Shown: positions 8,363 through 17,774, numbered from the stretch's first letter. The stretch is 64,000 bases of DNA from a bacterium (GCA_021825655.1 JAKAGU010000001.1:50358-114357), one strand, 5' to 3'. Numbers and translations are program-made. The notes: generated by a model from the letters alone, not told the origin.

Positions 8363-11245
8363 TTAAGGCACAGAGACTTTAATTTTAGGTGTGGTCAGGC
8401 CGGTGCTGGTGCGGGCAAATACCGAATATTCACCGCTGCCCGGCGACTTGGTCCAATCAATGGTGTATTGGTAGCGGCCGCTGAAGTTGCCCAGGTTTTG
8501 CGCCTGGCCAATTGGTTTGGGTGTGCCGCCTTTCGTGTTTTGGTAATAGAAATTTACGGCGTCGTAGTTCTCGGCGCTTTCAGCTTTCAAGCTGACCGGG
8601 AAAAGAATGAGGCTGGAGCCGCTGGGCTCGGTGATGGTAATGGGTTCGTTCAGAGCAAACTTAAGATTTATGCTGGTGTCCGCGGTTTTGTTGTAAACGT
8701 CCGTGGCGCGCACGGCCAAAATGTGCGTACCATCGCTGTACTTTTTATTTATATCTAGAATGTACGGGCTGGCAGTGAGGGTTGCCGCCTCCTGGCCGTC
8801 CACAGATATGGTAACTTTGCTTAACTGGTTTTCGGAACTGGCCGAAACCACAACCCGCAAAGGCAGGCTGGAAATAGTCTGGCCGTCAACGGGCTCGACA
8901 ATGTCCACGCTAGGCGGTCCGCCGGGCGTACCGTTGTTGCTCTGGGGATTGTAGGTAATGGTGCTGGGCGGGTAGACATAACCCTGCGCCTGAGCCCAGG
9001 CGATAACCGGGTTCTCCCAATCGGGATTGTCCGGTCGCTCGCTGTGAAAGACGGTAAAATTTTTGTAGACAATCTTGTCTTTGGGTGTGTCCTGGGTCGC
9101 GGGCTGGTCTGTGGTGCTGTCGTATGGCAGGGAGATGTGCACGTCGTCATACTGCGTGGGGGCATTGTAGCTGGCAAACGTTTCCACTTTGGTGGAGGGG
9201 GTTAAGCCGGTGGGGAGCTTGCCGGAAACCGCATCCACAGTTACTTGCTGAATGCCGTCCGGAGCTTTAAATTCTTCTGCGGGCTTGCCTTTTAAAGCCT
9301 CTTTCATAAAACGGTTCCAAATGGGCGCGGCCACCAAAACGCCGTCCGCGCCTTTTTTCATGTCTGTATTGGGCGTGCCGGCTCCGGGGTTGTTACCTGC
9401 CCATACGCCGGCAACCAAACTGGGAGTAAAGCCCATAGTCCAGCCATCGTGCCAGTTCTGGGTGGTGCCGGTCTTGGCAGCCACTGGCCGGTCAGGCAGG
9501 GTGAGCGGCGAATTAGGGCCAAAGACATAAGTGCGCGCAGCATTATCGCTCATTACGTTTGTCAGCAGGTACACCGCTTCAGGGTTGAGTATGGGCTGGC
9601 TGTGCTGCTGGTATTCTTCCAGGGTGTTGCCGTCCTTGTCCTCAATTTTTAATATAAAAGCTTTTTCGTTTTTTACTCCCCCGTTGGCCAGGGTGGCATA
9701 AGCAGAGACGTGGTCGATAAGCTTAACTTCACAACCGCCTAAAACCAGAGATAAGCCGCAGTCGGCCATGGGACTGGTGATGCCTAAGCTTCGCGCGGTT
9801 TGGACCACATTATCGACGCCGACCAAAGACAGGGTTTTGACGGCCGGAATATTTAAGCTGCCGGCCAAAGCCTGGCGCATGGATACCGGGCCGCGCTGTT
9901 TGCCGTCGTAGTCTTGCGGTTTGTATTCCTTGTCCCCGAATTTGCCGAAATTGGTTTCTACGTCCATCAGCATGGTGGCGGGGGCGTATTTGTAATCAGG
10001 GCCAAAGGCGGTCACGTATGCGTAGGGTTTAAAGCTGCTGCCGGGCTGGCGCGGCGCAATGGCTACATTGTAATTGGGTTCAAAAAGGCAGTCCCGCCCG
10101 GGCGTGCAATTTTTTGGCTCCGGGTCGCCAAAGTAATCCTTACTGCCCACCATGGCCAGAATTTGGCCGGTCTTCGGGTCTTCAGCCACCAAGGCGGCGT
10201 TATAAGCGTTGTATTTTTTTGCGTTCGCTTCGGCGCCTTGCTTCACTGCGTCTTCAGCAATTTTTTGCAGGTTTAAGTCCAGGGTGGTATAAACTTTTAA
10301 TCCGCCTTCTTCCAGAGTTTTTTCACCGTACTTTTTAGCCAGATAGTCCTGGACCATCATGGAAAAATGAGGGGCCTGGATGCCGGTGGTGACGTTCAAG
10401 AAGGCCACCTCTTCCTGCCGGGCTTGGGTTTCCTGGTCTTTGGTGATGTAGCCCTGGTCGCGCATTAGCGAGAGGATAGTGTTTTTGCGGTTGTCCAAAG
10501 CCTGGCGGTTGGGACCAAAAGGATTGTAATAAGTGGGGGCCTGGGGCATGGCGGCCAGGTACGCGCTCTCCGCCAAATCCAGGTCCTTTGCCGACTTGTT
10601 AAAATAGGACCGGCTGGCCGCCTCTACGCCGTAAGCGTTGCGGCCGTAAGGGATTTCATTCAGGTACATCTGCAGTACCTGGTCTTTGGTAAAGCGCGAA
10701 TCTATCGCCACGGCCAAAATCAATTCCCGGATTTTTCGGTCCCAGGATTTGTTGTTGGTAAGAATCGCGTTTTTTACCAGCTGTTGGGTAATTGTGCTGC
10801 CGCCCTGGGCTTTGCGGCCGCTGAGTACATCCACCACTGCCGAACGCAGAATCCCGGTTATAGAAATCCCCCCATGTTTGTAAAAGTCCTTATCTTCCAC
10901 CGCAATCGTGGCGTGTTTTAAGTTGTCCGTAATTTGGTCAAGGTTAACCTGGGTGCGCTTAATTTCGCCATGAATTTCATACAGCAGTTGCCCGTCGCGC
11001 GCAAAAATTTTTGTTGATTCAGCCACGTTGCGGTCCATGAGCCGGTTCGGGTCGGGCAAATCTTTGGCATAATATAAAAATAGGATGGCAATGCCCAATA
11101 CGCCCAAAGCAGCGAGTCGGAACAGCCAGGTTAAGGTTTTTCGCCAGTTCCAGCGGAAAGGTAATTTAGCTTTTCCCGTGGTGCGGCTTTTAACCACCGG
11201 CTTGGACGCGGGCCGGTCTTTGGTTTTAAACGAGTAAATTTTCAT
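8363..11245 (-). CDS. Penicillin-binding protein 1A (bifunctional transglycosylase/transpeptidase) with a roughly 300 aa C-terminal extension
   Basis: 960 aa with an N-terminal TM anchor, GT51 motifs (EDKDFYKHGGI...GGSTITQQLVKN), a transpeptidase domain, and a Ser/Thr-rich beta-rich C-terminal tail. Confidence 0.85.
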   Translation of the reverse strand: MKIYSFKTKDRPASKPVVKSRTTGKAKLPFRWNWRKTLTWLFRLAALGVLGIAILFLYYAKDLPDPNRLMDRNVAESTKIFARDGQLLYEIHGEIKRTQVNLDQITDNLKHATIAVEDKDFYKHGGISITGILRSAVVDVLSGRKAQGGSTITQQLVKNAILTNNKSWDRKIRELILAVAIDSRFTKDQVLQMYLNEIPYGRNAYGVEAASRSYFNKSAKDLDLAESAYLAAMPQAPTYYNPFGPNRQALDNRKNTILSLMRDQGYITKDQETQARQEEVAFLNVTTGIQAPHFSMMVQDYLAKKYGEKTLEEGGLKVYTTLDLNLQKIAEDAVKQGAEANAKKYNAYNAALVAEDPKTGQILAMVGSKDYFGDPEPKNCTPGRDCLFEPNYNVAIAPRQPGSSFKPYAYVTAFGPDYKYAPATMLMDVETNFGKFGDKEYKPQDYDGKQRGPVSMRQALAGSLNIPAVKTLSLVGVDNVVQTARSLGITSPMADCGLSLVLGGCEVKLIDHVSAYATLANGGVKNEKAFILKIEDKDGNTLEEYQQHSQPILNPEAVYLLTNVMSDNAARTYVFGPNSPLTLPDRPVAAKTGTTQNWHDGWTMGFTPSLVAGVWAGNNPGAGTPNTDMKKGADGVLVAAPIWNRFMKEALKGKPAEEFKAPDGIQQVTVDAVSGKLPTGLTPSTKVETFASYNAPTQYDDVHISLPYDSTTDQPATQDTPKDKIVYKNFTVFHSERPDNPDWENPVIAWAQAQGYVYPPSTITYNPQSNNGTPGGPPSVDIVEPVDGQTISSLPLRVVVSASSENQLSKVTISVDGQEAATLTASPYILDINKKYSDGTHILAVRATDVYNKTADTSINLKFALNEPITITEPSGSSLILFPVSLKAESAENYDAVNFYYQNTKGGTPKPIGQAQNLGNFSGRYQYTIDWTKSPGSGEYSVFARTSTGLTTPKIKVSVP

Positions 11246-11308
11246 AACTTAATTATAACGGTTTTCCTCTAAAAATGGTATAATGCAGAAAGCATTAAGA
11301 ACTATGCC

Positions 11309-12475
11309 ATGGACAACATTCAAGAACTGCTTAGCCGGGGGGTGGAAGAGGTTATCGAACGTGAAAAACTGGAAGCTGTGCTGAAGGGCAAAAAGAAACT
11401 CAGAGTCAAGCTGGGGATTGACCCAACCAGCCCCAATATCCACATTGGCCGGGCGGTGGTGCTGTGGAAGCTGCGTGCTTTTCAAGAATTGGGCCACAAG
11501 GTGATATTTATTGTGGGGGATTTTACCGGCCTGATCGGCGACACCTCGGACAAGGATGCGGAACGGCCCATGCTTTCGGAAAAACAGATTGCGGTTAACC
11601 TGAAAACTTACTTTGAGCAGGCCTATAAAATTTTGGACAAGAAAAAAACTGAAGTTTATTACAATTCCAAATGGCTGAAGAAGCTTGGTTTTGCGGAAAT
11701 CGGCCGCCTGGCCGACTTATTCAGCTTGCACGAGTTTGAAGCCCGGGAAAATATTGCCAAACGCCTCAAATCCGGCAAGCGCGTGTCTTTGCGCGAGCTG
11801 CTGTATCCCCTGATGCAGGGCTATGACAGCGTGGCCGTGAAAGCTGATGTGGAATTGGGCGGTACCGACCAACGGTTTAACCTGTTGGCGGGCCGGGTTA
11901 TCCAGCCCGCATATGGGCAGTCTCCCCAAAATATTTTGACCATGACTTTAATGGAGGGCACGGATGGCCGCAAGATGTCGTCTTCTTGGGGCAACACTAT
12001 TAACATTACTGCCGAACCCAATGATATGTTCGGCAAGGCCATGTCCATTCCGGACGACTTGATAAAAAAATATTTTATCTTAGCTACGCGCGTGCCTCTT
12101 GCTGCGATAGACGAGATTGTCCGCAGCAATTCCAACCCGCGTGACCAAAAAATGCGCCTGGCCCTTGAAATTACCAGATTGTACCACGGCGCAAAAAAAG
12201 CCGAGATTGCAAAACAGGCTTTCGTAAGCCAATTTAGCAAAGGCGAATTGCCTGAAGATATCAAAACAAAGACATTAAAGGCCGGCAGATACCAGCTTTT
12301 GGATATTTTAATTGAAACAGGCATAGTGGGCAGCAAGTCCGAAGGACGGCGGTTGTTTGAACAAAACGGCGTTAAGTTAAACCAAAAAACAACCAAAGAC
12401 GCTTTGGTGGTTTTGGATGGAAAGAGTGAGATTTTGCTGCAGGTGGGAAAAAGAAAATTTCTTCGCGTAAAATAA
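11309..12475 (+). CDS. tyrS: Tyrosine--tRNA ligase
   Basis: 388 aa class I aaRS with a HIGH-type motif (PNIHIGRAV), a KMSSS variant of KMSKS, and a C-terminal S4-like domain. Confidence 0.8.
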   Translation: MDNIQELLSRGVEEVIEREKLEAVLKGKKKLRVKLGIDPTSPNIHIGRAVVLWKLRAFQELGHKVIFIVGDFTGLIGDTSDKDAERPMLSEKQIAVNLKTYFEQAYKILDKKKTEVYYNSKWLKKLGFAEIGRLADLFSLHEFEARENIAKRLKSGKRVSLRELLYPLMQGYDSVAVKADVELGGTDQRFNLLAGRVIQPAYGQSPQNILTMTLMEGTDGRKMSSSWGNTINITAEPNDMFGKAMSIPDDLIKKYFILATRVPLAAIDEIVRSNSNPRDQKMRLALEITRLYHGAKKAEIAKQAFVSQFSKGELPEDIKTKTLKAGRYQLLDILIETGIVGSKSEGRRLFEQNGVKLNQKTTKDALVVLDGKSEILLQVGKRKFLRVK

Positions 12476-12508
12476 AAAAAGCCCTCCGTTTAACGGAGGG
12501 CTTTTTGT
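12474..12508. terminator. Bidirectional intrinsic terminator
   Basis: aaaaaaaGCCCTCCGTTtAACGGAGGGCtttttgttt. The stem overlaps the ruvC stop codon. Confidence 0.7.
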
Positions 12509-12984
12509 TTGGGGAAGTGCCAGCCCGCGCAGAGGGCAATGGCCAGCGCATCAGCCGCATCATCAGGTTTGGGGATTTTTGTAAGACCGAAGGTTTTTTG
12601 CACCACGTATTGGACCTGTTTTTTGTCGGCTTTCCCGTAGCCGCAAATAAAGTTTTTTACCTGCAACGGCGTAAATTCCAGAATCGGCAGTTTATGCTTT
12701 TGGGCCAGAAACAGCACCACTCCCCTGGCTTGGGATACGGTCATCACCGTTTTCTGGTTGGTGGTAAAAAAAAGTTTTTCTATGCCTACGGCCGCGGGCC
12801 TGTGTTTTTTTATAAGGCTTTCCAGGTCCTGGCCTAAAATTTCCAAGCGCTCCGCGTCAGAAAGCATTTTTTTTGTGGCAATAACCCCGTATTCCAGAAT
12901 TCCAAAGCCGTTTTTGGCCTTGGTTTTTTGGATAACACCGTAACCGGTTGTGGCAGTGCCCGGGTCAATCCCTAAAATTACCAT
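12490..12984 (-). CDS. ruvC: Crossover junction endodeoxyribonuclease RuvC
   Basis: 164 aa. The N-terminal MVILGIDPGTATTGYGV motif is diagnostic of the RuvC/RNase H fold. Confidence 0.85.
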   Translation of the reverse strand: MVILGIDPGTATTGYGVIQKTKAKNGFGILEYGVIATKKMLSDAERLEILGQDLESLIKKHRPAAVGIEKLFFTTNQKTVMTVSQARGVVLFLAQKHKLPILEFTPLQVKNFICGYGKADKKQVQYVVQKTFGLTKIPKPDDAADALAIALCAGWHFPKQKALR

Positions 12985-12987
12985 ACA

Positions 12988-13491
12988 TTATTTGCCGATT
13001 AGCCCCGGCAAGGCTTCAATGCTCAAGATAGGCGAATAAATATCCTCCAGGTTTTCGCGCTCAATTAGGAGGGTAAAATGTTCCTTAATCCGCCAGTTCC
13101 GCTGCTCCCAGGCTTCCAAGAAGATTTTAGCCGTAGGAATGAGCGGCAAAAAAGCCAGTTGTGCCACTGGTACGGTTTCTACCCGGCCTTCGTTGCAGAC
13201 TAAAGGCTCGCCAATATACAGGCCGGAAAATTGGTAGAGAATTTTTTTTTGGTTGATTATTATCCGGCCAAATTCCTTGAGTTTTATCTGGGTCAAGCCC
13301 GTCTCCTCGGTCAGTTCGCGGTAGGCTCCCTGGACGTGGGTCTCCCCCACTTCTACTTTCCCACCGAAACCGGTAAACAGGTTGGGGGCAAACTTCTTAT
13401 TTGGCGACCTCCTGAGCAGGTGGAAGCAGGTGGGTTTGCTCTTGTCGGCCAGGAAAATGGTGGTATATTTTTCTGTGTCTGTTTCATTCAT
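12988..13491 (-). CDS. NUDIX hydrolase
   Basis: 167 aa with a Nudix box (GGKVEVGETHVQGAYRELTEETGL). Confidence 0.75.
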   Translation of the reverse strand: MNETDTEKYTTIFLADKSKPTCFHLLRRSPNKKFAPNLFTGFGGKVEVGETHVQGAYRELTEETGLTQIKLKEFGRIIINQKKILYQFSGLYIGEPLVCNEGRVETVPVAQLAFLPLIPTAKIFLEAWEQRNWRIKEHFTLLIERENLEDIYSPILSIEALPGLIGK

Positions 13492-13500
13492 GGGCTGTGT

Positions 13501-14223
13501 TTAAAGGTTGGCTGAGGTATGTACGGAAATAACGTCTTCGTCGTTCTCCAATTCAGCAAATAAGGCGTCCACTTTGGGTTTTTGCTCCTCAGTGAGGTCG
13601 ACGCCCTGGCTGGACTCTTTGATAATATCCGCTCGGGCAATTTTAGCACCTGCAGCCAAAAGCGCGGTTTTGGTTTTTTGTAAATCATTGGGCAGAGTGT
13701 AGACTTCCAGTCCTTCTTCGGATTCGCGCACGTCGTCTGCGCCTGCGTCTATGGCGGCCAGTTGGATTTCTCCCAAGTCAGGTCGGTCTCGTTCCACCAA
13801 AATTTGGCCTTTGGTGTTAAACTGCCAGGCTACGGAACCCTGTGCGCCCATGTTACCGCCATGCTTGGCAAAAATATGTTTAATGTTATTGGAAGTGCGA
13901 TTGGTGTTATCGGTGGCAACTTCCACCAAGAAAGCCGTGCCGAACGGGCCATAGCCTTCGTAAGCGACTTCTTTAATTTGGCCTGCGCTGCCTCCGGCGG
14001 CAGCTTTGATGGCCCGGTCGATGTTATCGTTGGGCATCCCCTGGTCTTTGGCATAATCCACGGCGGCTTTTAGTTTGTAGTTAACCATGGGGTCACCGCT
14101 GCCTCCGCCTTCTTTCACGGCAATGGAAATTTTTTTAGAAAGTTTGGAAAACAGCAGGCCGCGCTTTTGGTCGGCTGCGCCTTTAGTCCTTTTAATCTGT
14201 GCCCATTTGGAATGTCCCGACAT
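13501..14223 (-). CDS. YebC/PmpR family DNA-binding transcriptional regulator
   Basis: 240 aa. The N-terminal MSGHSKWAQIKRTKG is a YebC family signature. Confidence 0.85.
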   Translation of the reverse strand: MSGHSKWAQIKRTKGAADQKRGLLFSKLSKKISIAVKEGGGSGDPMVNYKLKAAVDYAKDQGMPNDNIDRAIKAAAGGSAGQIKEVAYEGYGPFGTAFLVEVATDNTNRTSNNIKHIFAKHGGNMGAQGSVAWQFNTKGQILVERDRPDLGEIQLAAIDAGADDVRESEEGLEVYTLPNDLQKTKTALLAAGAKIARADIIKESSQGVDLTEEQKPKVDALFAELENDEDVISVHTSANL

Positions 14224-14224
14224 G

Positions 14225-14890
14225 CTATTTGAATGAAATTAAGACTGTAAATTCTCCTTTTATTGCGGGCCTGTCCTTCAGCTGGTTCAAGACTTCGTAG
14301 GGCGAGCCACGCAAAAATTCTTCATGAAGCTTGGTCAGCTCCCGGGCAACGGCAACCTGGCTATTGGGAAAGGCGTTAGCTACGTAGTTGAGGGTTTTTA
14401 TGATGCGTTCAGGGGATTCATAAAAAATAGCCGTAGCCTCGGCATTTTGGGCTGCCTGGAGCGCGGACACGGTTTTAGCCGCGGTCTTCTGCAAGAAGCC
14501 TAAAAATAAGAATCTGTCCGTGGGCAGGCCGGAGGCGGACAGCGCGGTTACGGCTGCGTTGGCCCCGGGCAGGGGCACCACGCTCACATTTTCTTTCACG
14601 CATTCCCGCACCAGGCGGAAGCCCGGATCCGAGACGCCGGGCGTGCCCGCATCTGTAATCAGACAGCCGTCGGCTTTGCCCAAGCGCCGGGTAAGGTCTT
14701 TGACCACTTGCTGTTCATTATGCTCGGCAAACTGTACCATTTCTTTTGGCCAGGCGCCAATGTGTTCCAATAGCCGCCTGGAATAATGCGGATTTTCAGC
14801 AATTATAAACTCGCACGCTTTAAGGCTTTCAATAGCGCGCTGGGTAATATCTTTCAAATTGCCGATGGGTGTGGCGACGATGTATAACAT
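14225..14890 (-). CDS. rsmI: 16S rRNA (cytidine1402-2'-O)-methyltransferase RsmI (tetrapyrrole methylase fold)
   Basis: 221 aa with an RsmI-like N-terminus (LYIVATPIGNLKDIT...). Confidence 0.8.
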   Translation of the reverse strand: MLYIVATPIGNLKDITQRAIESLKACEFIIAENPHYSRRLLEHIGAWPKEMVQFAEHNEQQVVKDLTRRLGKADGCLITDAGTPGVSDPGFRLVRECVKENVSVVPLPGANAAVTALSASGLPTDRFLFLGFLQKTAAKTVSALQAAQNAEATAIFYESPERIIKTLNYVANAFPNSQVAVARELTKLHEEFLRGSPYEVLNQLKDRPAIKGEFTVLISFK

Positions 14891-14921
14891 ACACCTTATT
14901 TTAACCTAAATTCTCAAATAG

Positions 14922-14985
14922 AAAAACCCCTGCGGGTTCGCCTAGCCGTCGGGCTTATTGGCGAAACAGGGGTTTTGAAAAGCGA
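14922..14985 (-). terminator. Long hairpin plus U-tract terminator downstream of the cofE-like/protease operon (minus strand)
   Basis: aaaaaCCCCTGcgggttcgcc...ggcgaaaCAGGGGtttt read on the minus strand is followed by tttttctatttg. Confidence 0.5.
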
Positions 14986-15177
14986 AAGAAGAGTCCTTTA
15001 ACCTAAAGATTCACCTTTAGGCCAATTACCTCGAAATTGAAGTAATTATAGCGCACCCTGACGGGTACGTGGTTAAAACCTATTTAGTTGGGTTTTATTT
15101 TTGTTTCTTCTTTGAAAGACAAGAAGAACTCACTTTTCTATAGGTATTATAGCAAATTTTTCGGCACTTGTAAAGAC

Positions 15178-15885
15178 CTATCTGACCGGTTTAAAAACTT
15201 TGAGCAGGGGCGCGTACTTGTCTTCTGTTCTGGGCACAACTATTTTTTTGTAAGCGGACTTTTGCGTAAATTCCGCAAACTTTGCGTTGCGCAGAATTAA
15301 CAGCGGAGTGCTTTCGCCGCTCTCCCCCATAAGCAGTACGGCCATGGCAGCCAGCGAGTCGAGCGCATTGGCCCGGGTAAATTTCAGCGGCCGGCGGAAC
15401 ACATCGTTTTTTCCGCGGTAGTCAATTAACGGCTCTAAGCCAAAACTGCCGATAGCTGTGCCTACCGTGCCGTACCTGAGCGGCGTGGAATGCGTGTCTG
15501 TGGCGATTATTGCCAGGCGTTTCAGCTGGTGGCGGTTTTTAAGTTTTTGCCATATTTGTTTCAAAGTGGCTTCAATCCGGTTAGGCCATAGCACGTAATA
15601 GCCGTTGCCGTTGCTCGAATCAATGCCGGCATTGGAAACCAAAATATTGTTTTTAATGGTCAGGCGGGTTTTTGGAACATATTCATCCGCCTCTTTTTTT
15701 ATTAGGGCCAGCTTGTCGGTGCCGGGGCCGTCCTTTATGCACCGGCCTTGGCCGATGGCCATAACCTTGGAGGTGATGAAAACAATATCGCCTTCGCGCA
15801 GCCGGGGCAGGTGCTGTTCCAGCAGCTGGAACAGGTCGTCTTTAGGCGGCAGGAATTTTCGGGTTTTGATTTTTATAAAGTGCAT
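15178..15885 (-). CDS. CofE-like gamma-glutamyl ligase family protein (F420-0:gamma-glutamyl ligase fold)
   Basis: 235 aa. Motifs resembling CofE/pfam01996 (ITSKVMAIGQGR, SNAGIDSSN, ATDTHS). The substrate is unknown in a non-F420 organism. Confidence 0.5.
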   Translation of the reverse strand: MHFIKIKTRKFLPPKDDLFQLLEQHLPRLREGDIVFITSKVMAIGQGRCIKDGPGTDKLALIKKEADEYVPKTRLTIKNNILVSNAGIDSSNGNGYYVLWPNRIEATLKQIWQKLKNRHQLKRLAIIATDTHSTPLRYGTVGTAIGSFGLEPLIDYRGKNDVFRRPLKFTRANALDSLAAMAVLLMGESGESTPLLILRNAKFAEFTQKSAYKKIVVPRTEDKYAPLLKVFKPVR

Positions 15886-15887
15886 AA

Positions 15888-17516
15888 TCAGGAATGCGCA
15901 AAAGCTTGGTTGATCTCGGTTTCTTCCCAGCCCGCCCGCTGCAGTTCTTCCCGGATTTGCTGGTCAGTCAGTTCTACATTTCGGGCCTGTGTGATGAAGT
16001 CCACCAAGTGGGGGTGGGGCAGGTTTAAGGATAAGCGGCTCTGGGCATGCAGCTCTGTTTCCGGCAAAGGCAGGGGCGTGCCCGCGGCCTCCATTTTTTT
16101 AAGCAGCTCGTTTTTATGGTCTTCTTCGGCCTGTAGTTCAATTTCCAAAGCTTGGATTTGCTGCTCATCTTTTTTTAGGCGCCGGTAGAGGTGTTCTAAG
16201 GCCAGCAGGGCCAGGAGGATTAAAAGCAGCCGCCCGCCGACTACAAACCAGGTAAAAGCGTCAACCTTTTTGATGCTGGCCCAGAACTGCTGCCCCGCGC
16301 TGTCCAGGGATGTCCCGGCCGCAATTAAGTTTTCGCAGTTGGTGGTGTAATTGTCGAAGATCTTAGTACTGGTAAAATTTGGGTTTAGTTCCGCCGCTGC
16401 ATCAAAACTCTTCATAGCTTTTTGGCACTGCCGGGTGCGATAGTAGCCCGCAGCCTGTCGGAAGATTTCTGCGTACGGCCCTTCCGTATTGTTGACGTTG
16501 TTCTTTGTCAAAAACTCTTTGGCCAGATTAATAGGGATGGCAAAAGCAAAGTTGTCGCCTTTTTGCCTTAAGGCGTCGCCGGTCTGGAACGTAATAATGC
16601 CGATTACCCGGCCGTCTTTGTCCAAGAGGGGGCCGCCCGAAGAACCTTGGGAAATTTTAGCGTCGGTTTGAAAAATTTTAAACTCTTTGCTCTGGGCGAA
16701 CTTCAGCGCGCTGACCAGCCCTTGGGTGAGGGTGGCTTCGAGCGGGCTGCGGCCGTTGACTTCCGCGGTGGACGGAAAACCAAAGACCAGAATTTTATCA
16801 CCCGTGCTTACTTGGTTGCTGTCTCCCAGCAGTAGGGCCGGCAAGTTGCCCGCCTGGATTTTAATCAGGGCAACGTCCTTTTCGTCCGCGGCAAAATTAT
16901 TATTGGCACTGACTATGCTGGCCTCAAAACCGGTTTTCAATAACGAGGTCAGGTATTCCTGGGAGTCCGAGGGGTTGAGCACAGTGAGTTTGCTGACAAT
17001 ATTAAACTGTACCCGGTTTTTTAATGCTGCCAGGGAGTTTTGGTAAAAGTTATTAAAATTGTCAGCGTCTTTAAAATTTTGAAGCAAGGTTTGGTCGTCG
17101 AGACTGCCGAGTTTGGCTTGGAGCGCATTGTTTAAGAGTTCTTCCAAATAGCTTTCTTTAATGCTCTCTTCCGTGGCCACGTGGGCGTTGGTCAAAATAT
17201 AGCCGTCGGGGTTGACTACAAAGCCGCTGCCGCTCAGGTAGACATCAACTTTTTCCGCTTGTTGTGGCTGGTTGTCGGGAAAAACCAAAGCCGCTGCCGC
17301 CAAGTTTATTTCAAAATTCGGCAAAGTAACCTGGCCGCTGGCATGGTTGATAATCCGGACAATGCTCGGCTTGATCATTTGAGCCAGGTCCTGTTGGTCC
17401 AGCGGCTGGGCCGGGCCAGGCGCTTGAGCCTTTAAGCTGAGGTAGGCAGCCAGGCCGCATAAAAAAACGGCAAAAACCGCCACCAAGAATTTGGAATTGT
17501 ATTTTAGTTTCGTCAT
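15888..17516 (-). CDS. Membrane-anchored trypsin-like (S1C, HtrA-like) serine protease with a C-terminal TM helix and cytoplasmic tail
   Basis: Catalytic motifs GYILTNAHV and DAKISQGSSGGPLL. No PDZ domain is apparent. Start placed at the internal ATG (MTKLKYNSKFLVAVFAVFLCG, a signal anchor). The ORF-track extension up to 17738 is antisense to tRNA genes and is rejected. Confidence 0.7.
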   Translation of the reverse strand: MTKLKYNSKFLVAVFAVFLCGLAAYLSLKAQAPGPAQPLDQQDLAQMIKPSIVRIINHASGQVTLPNFEINLAAAALVFPDNQPQQAEKVDVYLSGSGFVVNPDGYILTNAHVATEESIKESYLEELLNNALQAKLGSLDDQTLLQNFKDADNFNNFYQNSLAALKNRVQFNIVSKLTVLNPSDSQEYLTSLLKTGFEASIVSANNNFAADEKDVALIKIQAGNLPALLLGDSNQVSTGDKILVFGFPSTAEVNGRSPLEATLTQGLVSALKFAQSKEFKIFQTDAKISQGSSGGPLLDKDGRVIGIITFQTGDALRQKGDNFAFAIPINLAKEFLTKNNVNNTEGPYAEIFRQAAGYYRTRQCQKAMKSFDAAAELNPNFTSTKIFDNYTTNCENLIAAGTSLDSAGQQFWASIKKVDAFTWFVVGGRLLLILLALLALEHLYRRLKKDEQQIQALEIELQAEEDHKNELLKKMEAAGTPLPLPETELHAQSRLSLNLPHPHLVDFITQARNVELTDQQIREELQRAGWEETEINQAFAHS

Positions 17517-17621
17517 GTTTTCTTTTTTGCAGTGTAACATAAAGCTGTAGAAAAAGCATCCCGGGGGGCGTTGAAAAAGCCCGCTAAATAAACTATAATA
17601 AGGTGAGCCAGAAAATTTTCG

Positions 17622-17690
17622 GGCGTAAGCTTGGGTTGGTAGAGCGGACGTCTTATACACGTCTGGTCCTAGGCCCGCCCCGTCACCCTT
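17622..17690 (+). pseudogene. Truncated or degenerate copy of tRNA-Ile(UAU): 5' two-thirds retained, no T-arm or acceptor 3' strand
   Basis: About 36 nt (ggttggtagagcggacgtcttatacacgtctggtcc) are identical to the downstream tRNA, and the flanking 5' portion is similar. The 3' part diverges (ctaggcccgccccgtcaccc) and cannot form a T-arm. Confidence 0.5.
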
Positions 17691-17698
17691 TAGTAAAT

Positions 17699-17774
17699 GC
17701 GCGCGTAGCTCAGTTGGTAGAGCGGACGTCTTATACACGTCTGGTCCCAGGTTCGAGTCCTGGCGCGCGCACCA
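17699..17774 (+). tRNA. tRNA-Ile (anticodon UAU), CCA encoded
   Basis: Folded by hand: acceptor gcgcgcg/cgcgcgc, D-arm gctc-agttggta-gagc, anticodon stem gacgt/acgtc, loop cTTATac (U33, anticodon TAT, A37), T-arm ccagg-ttcgagt-cctgg, then ACCA. Confidence 0.8.

Noticed and set aside
17517-17738. 74-codon N-terminal extension of the protease ORF in the six-frame track (MYKTSALPTELRAHLLKGDG...)
   Set aside because: It is the antisense strand of tRNA-Ile(UAU) and its truncated copy, which is why the peptide YKTSALPT repeats. An internal ATG followed by a signal-anchor sequence gives a sensible start at about 17516.
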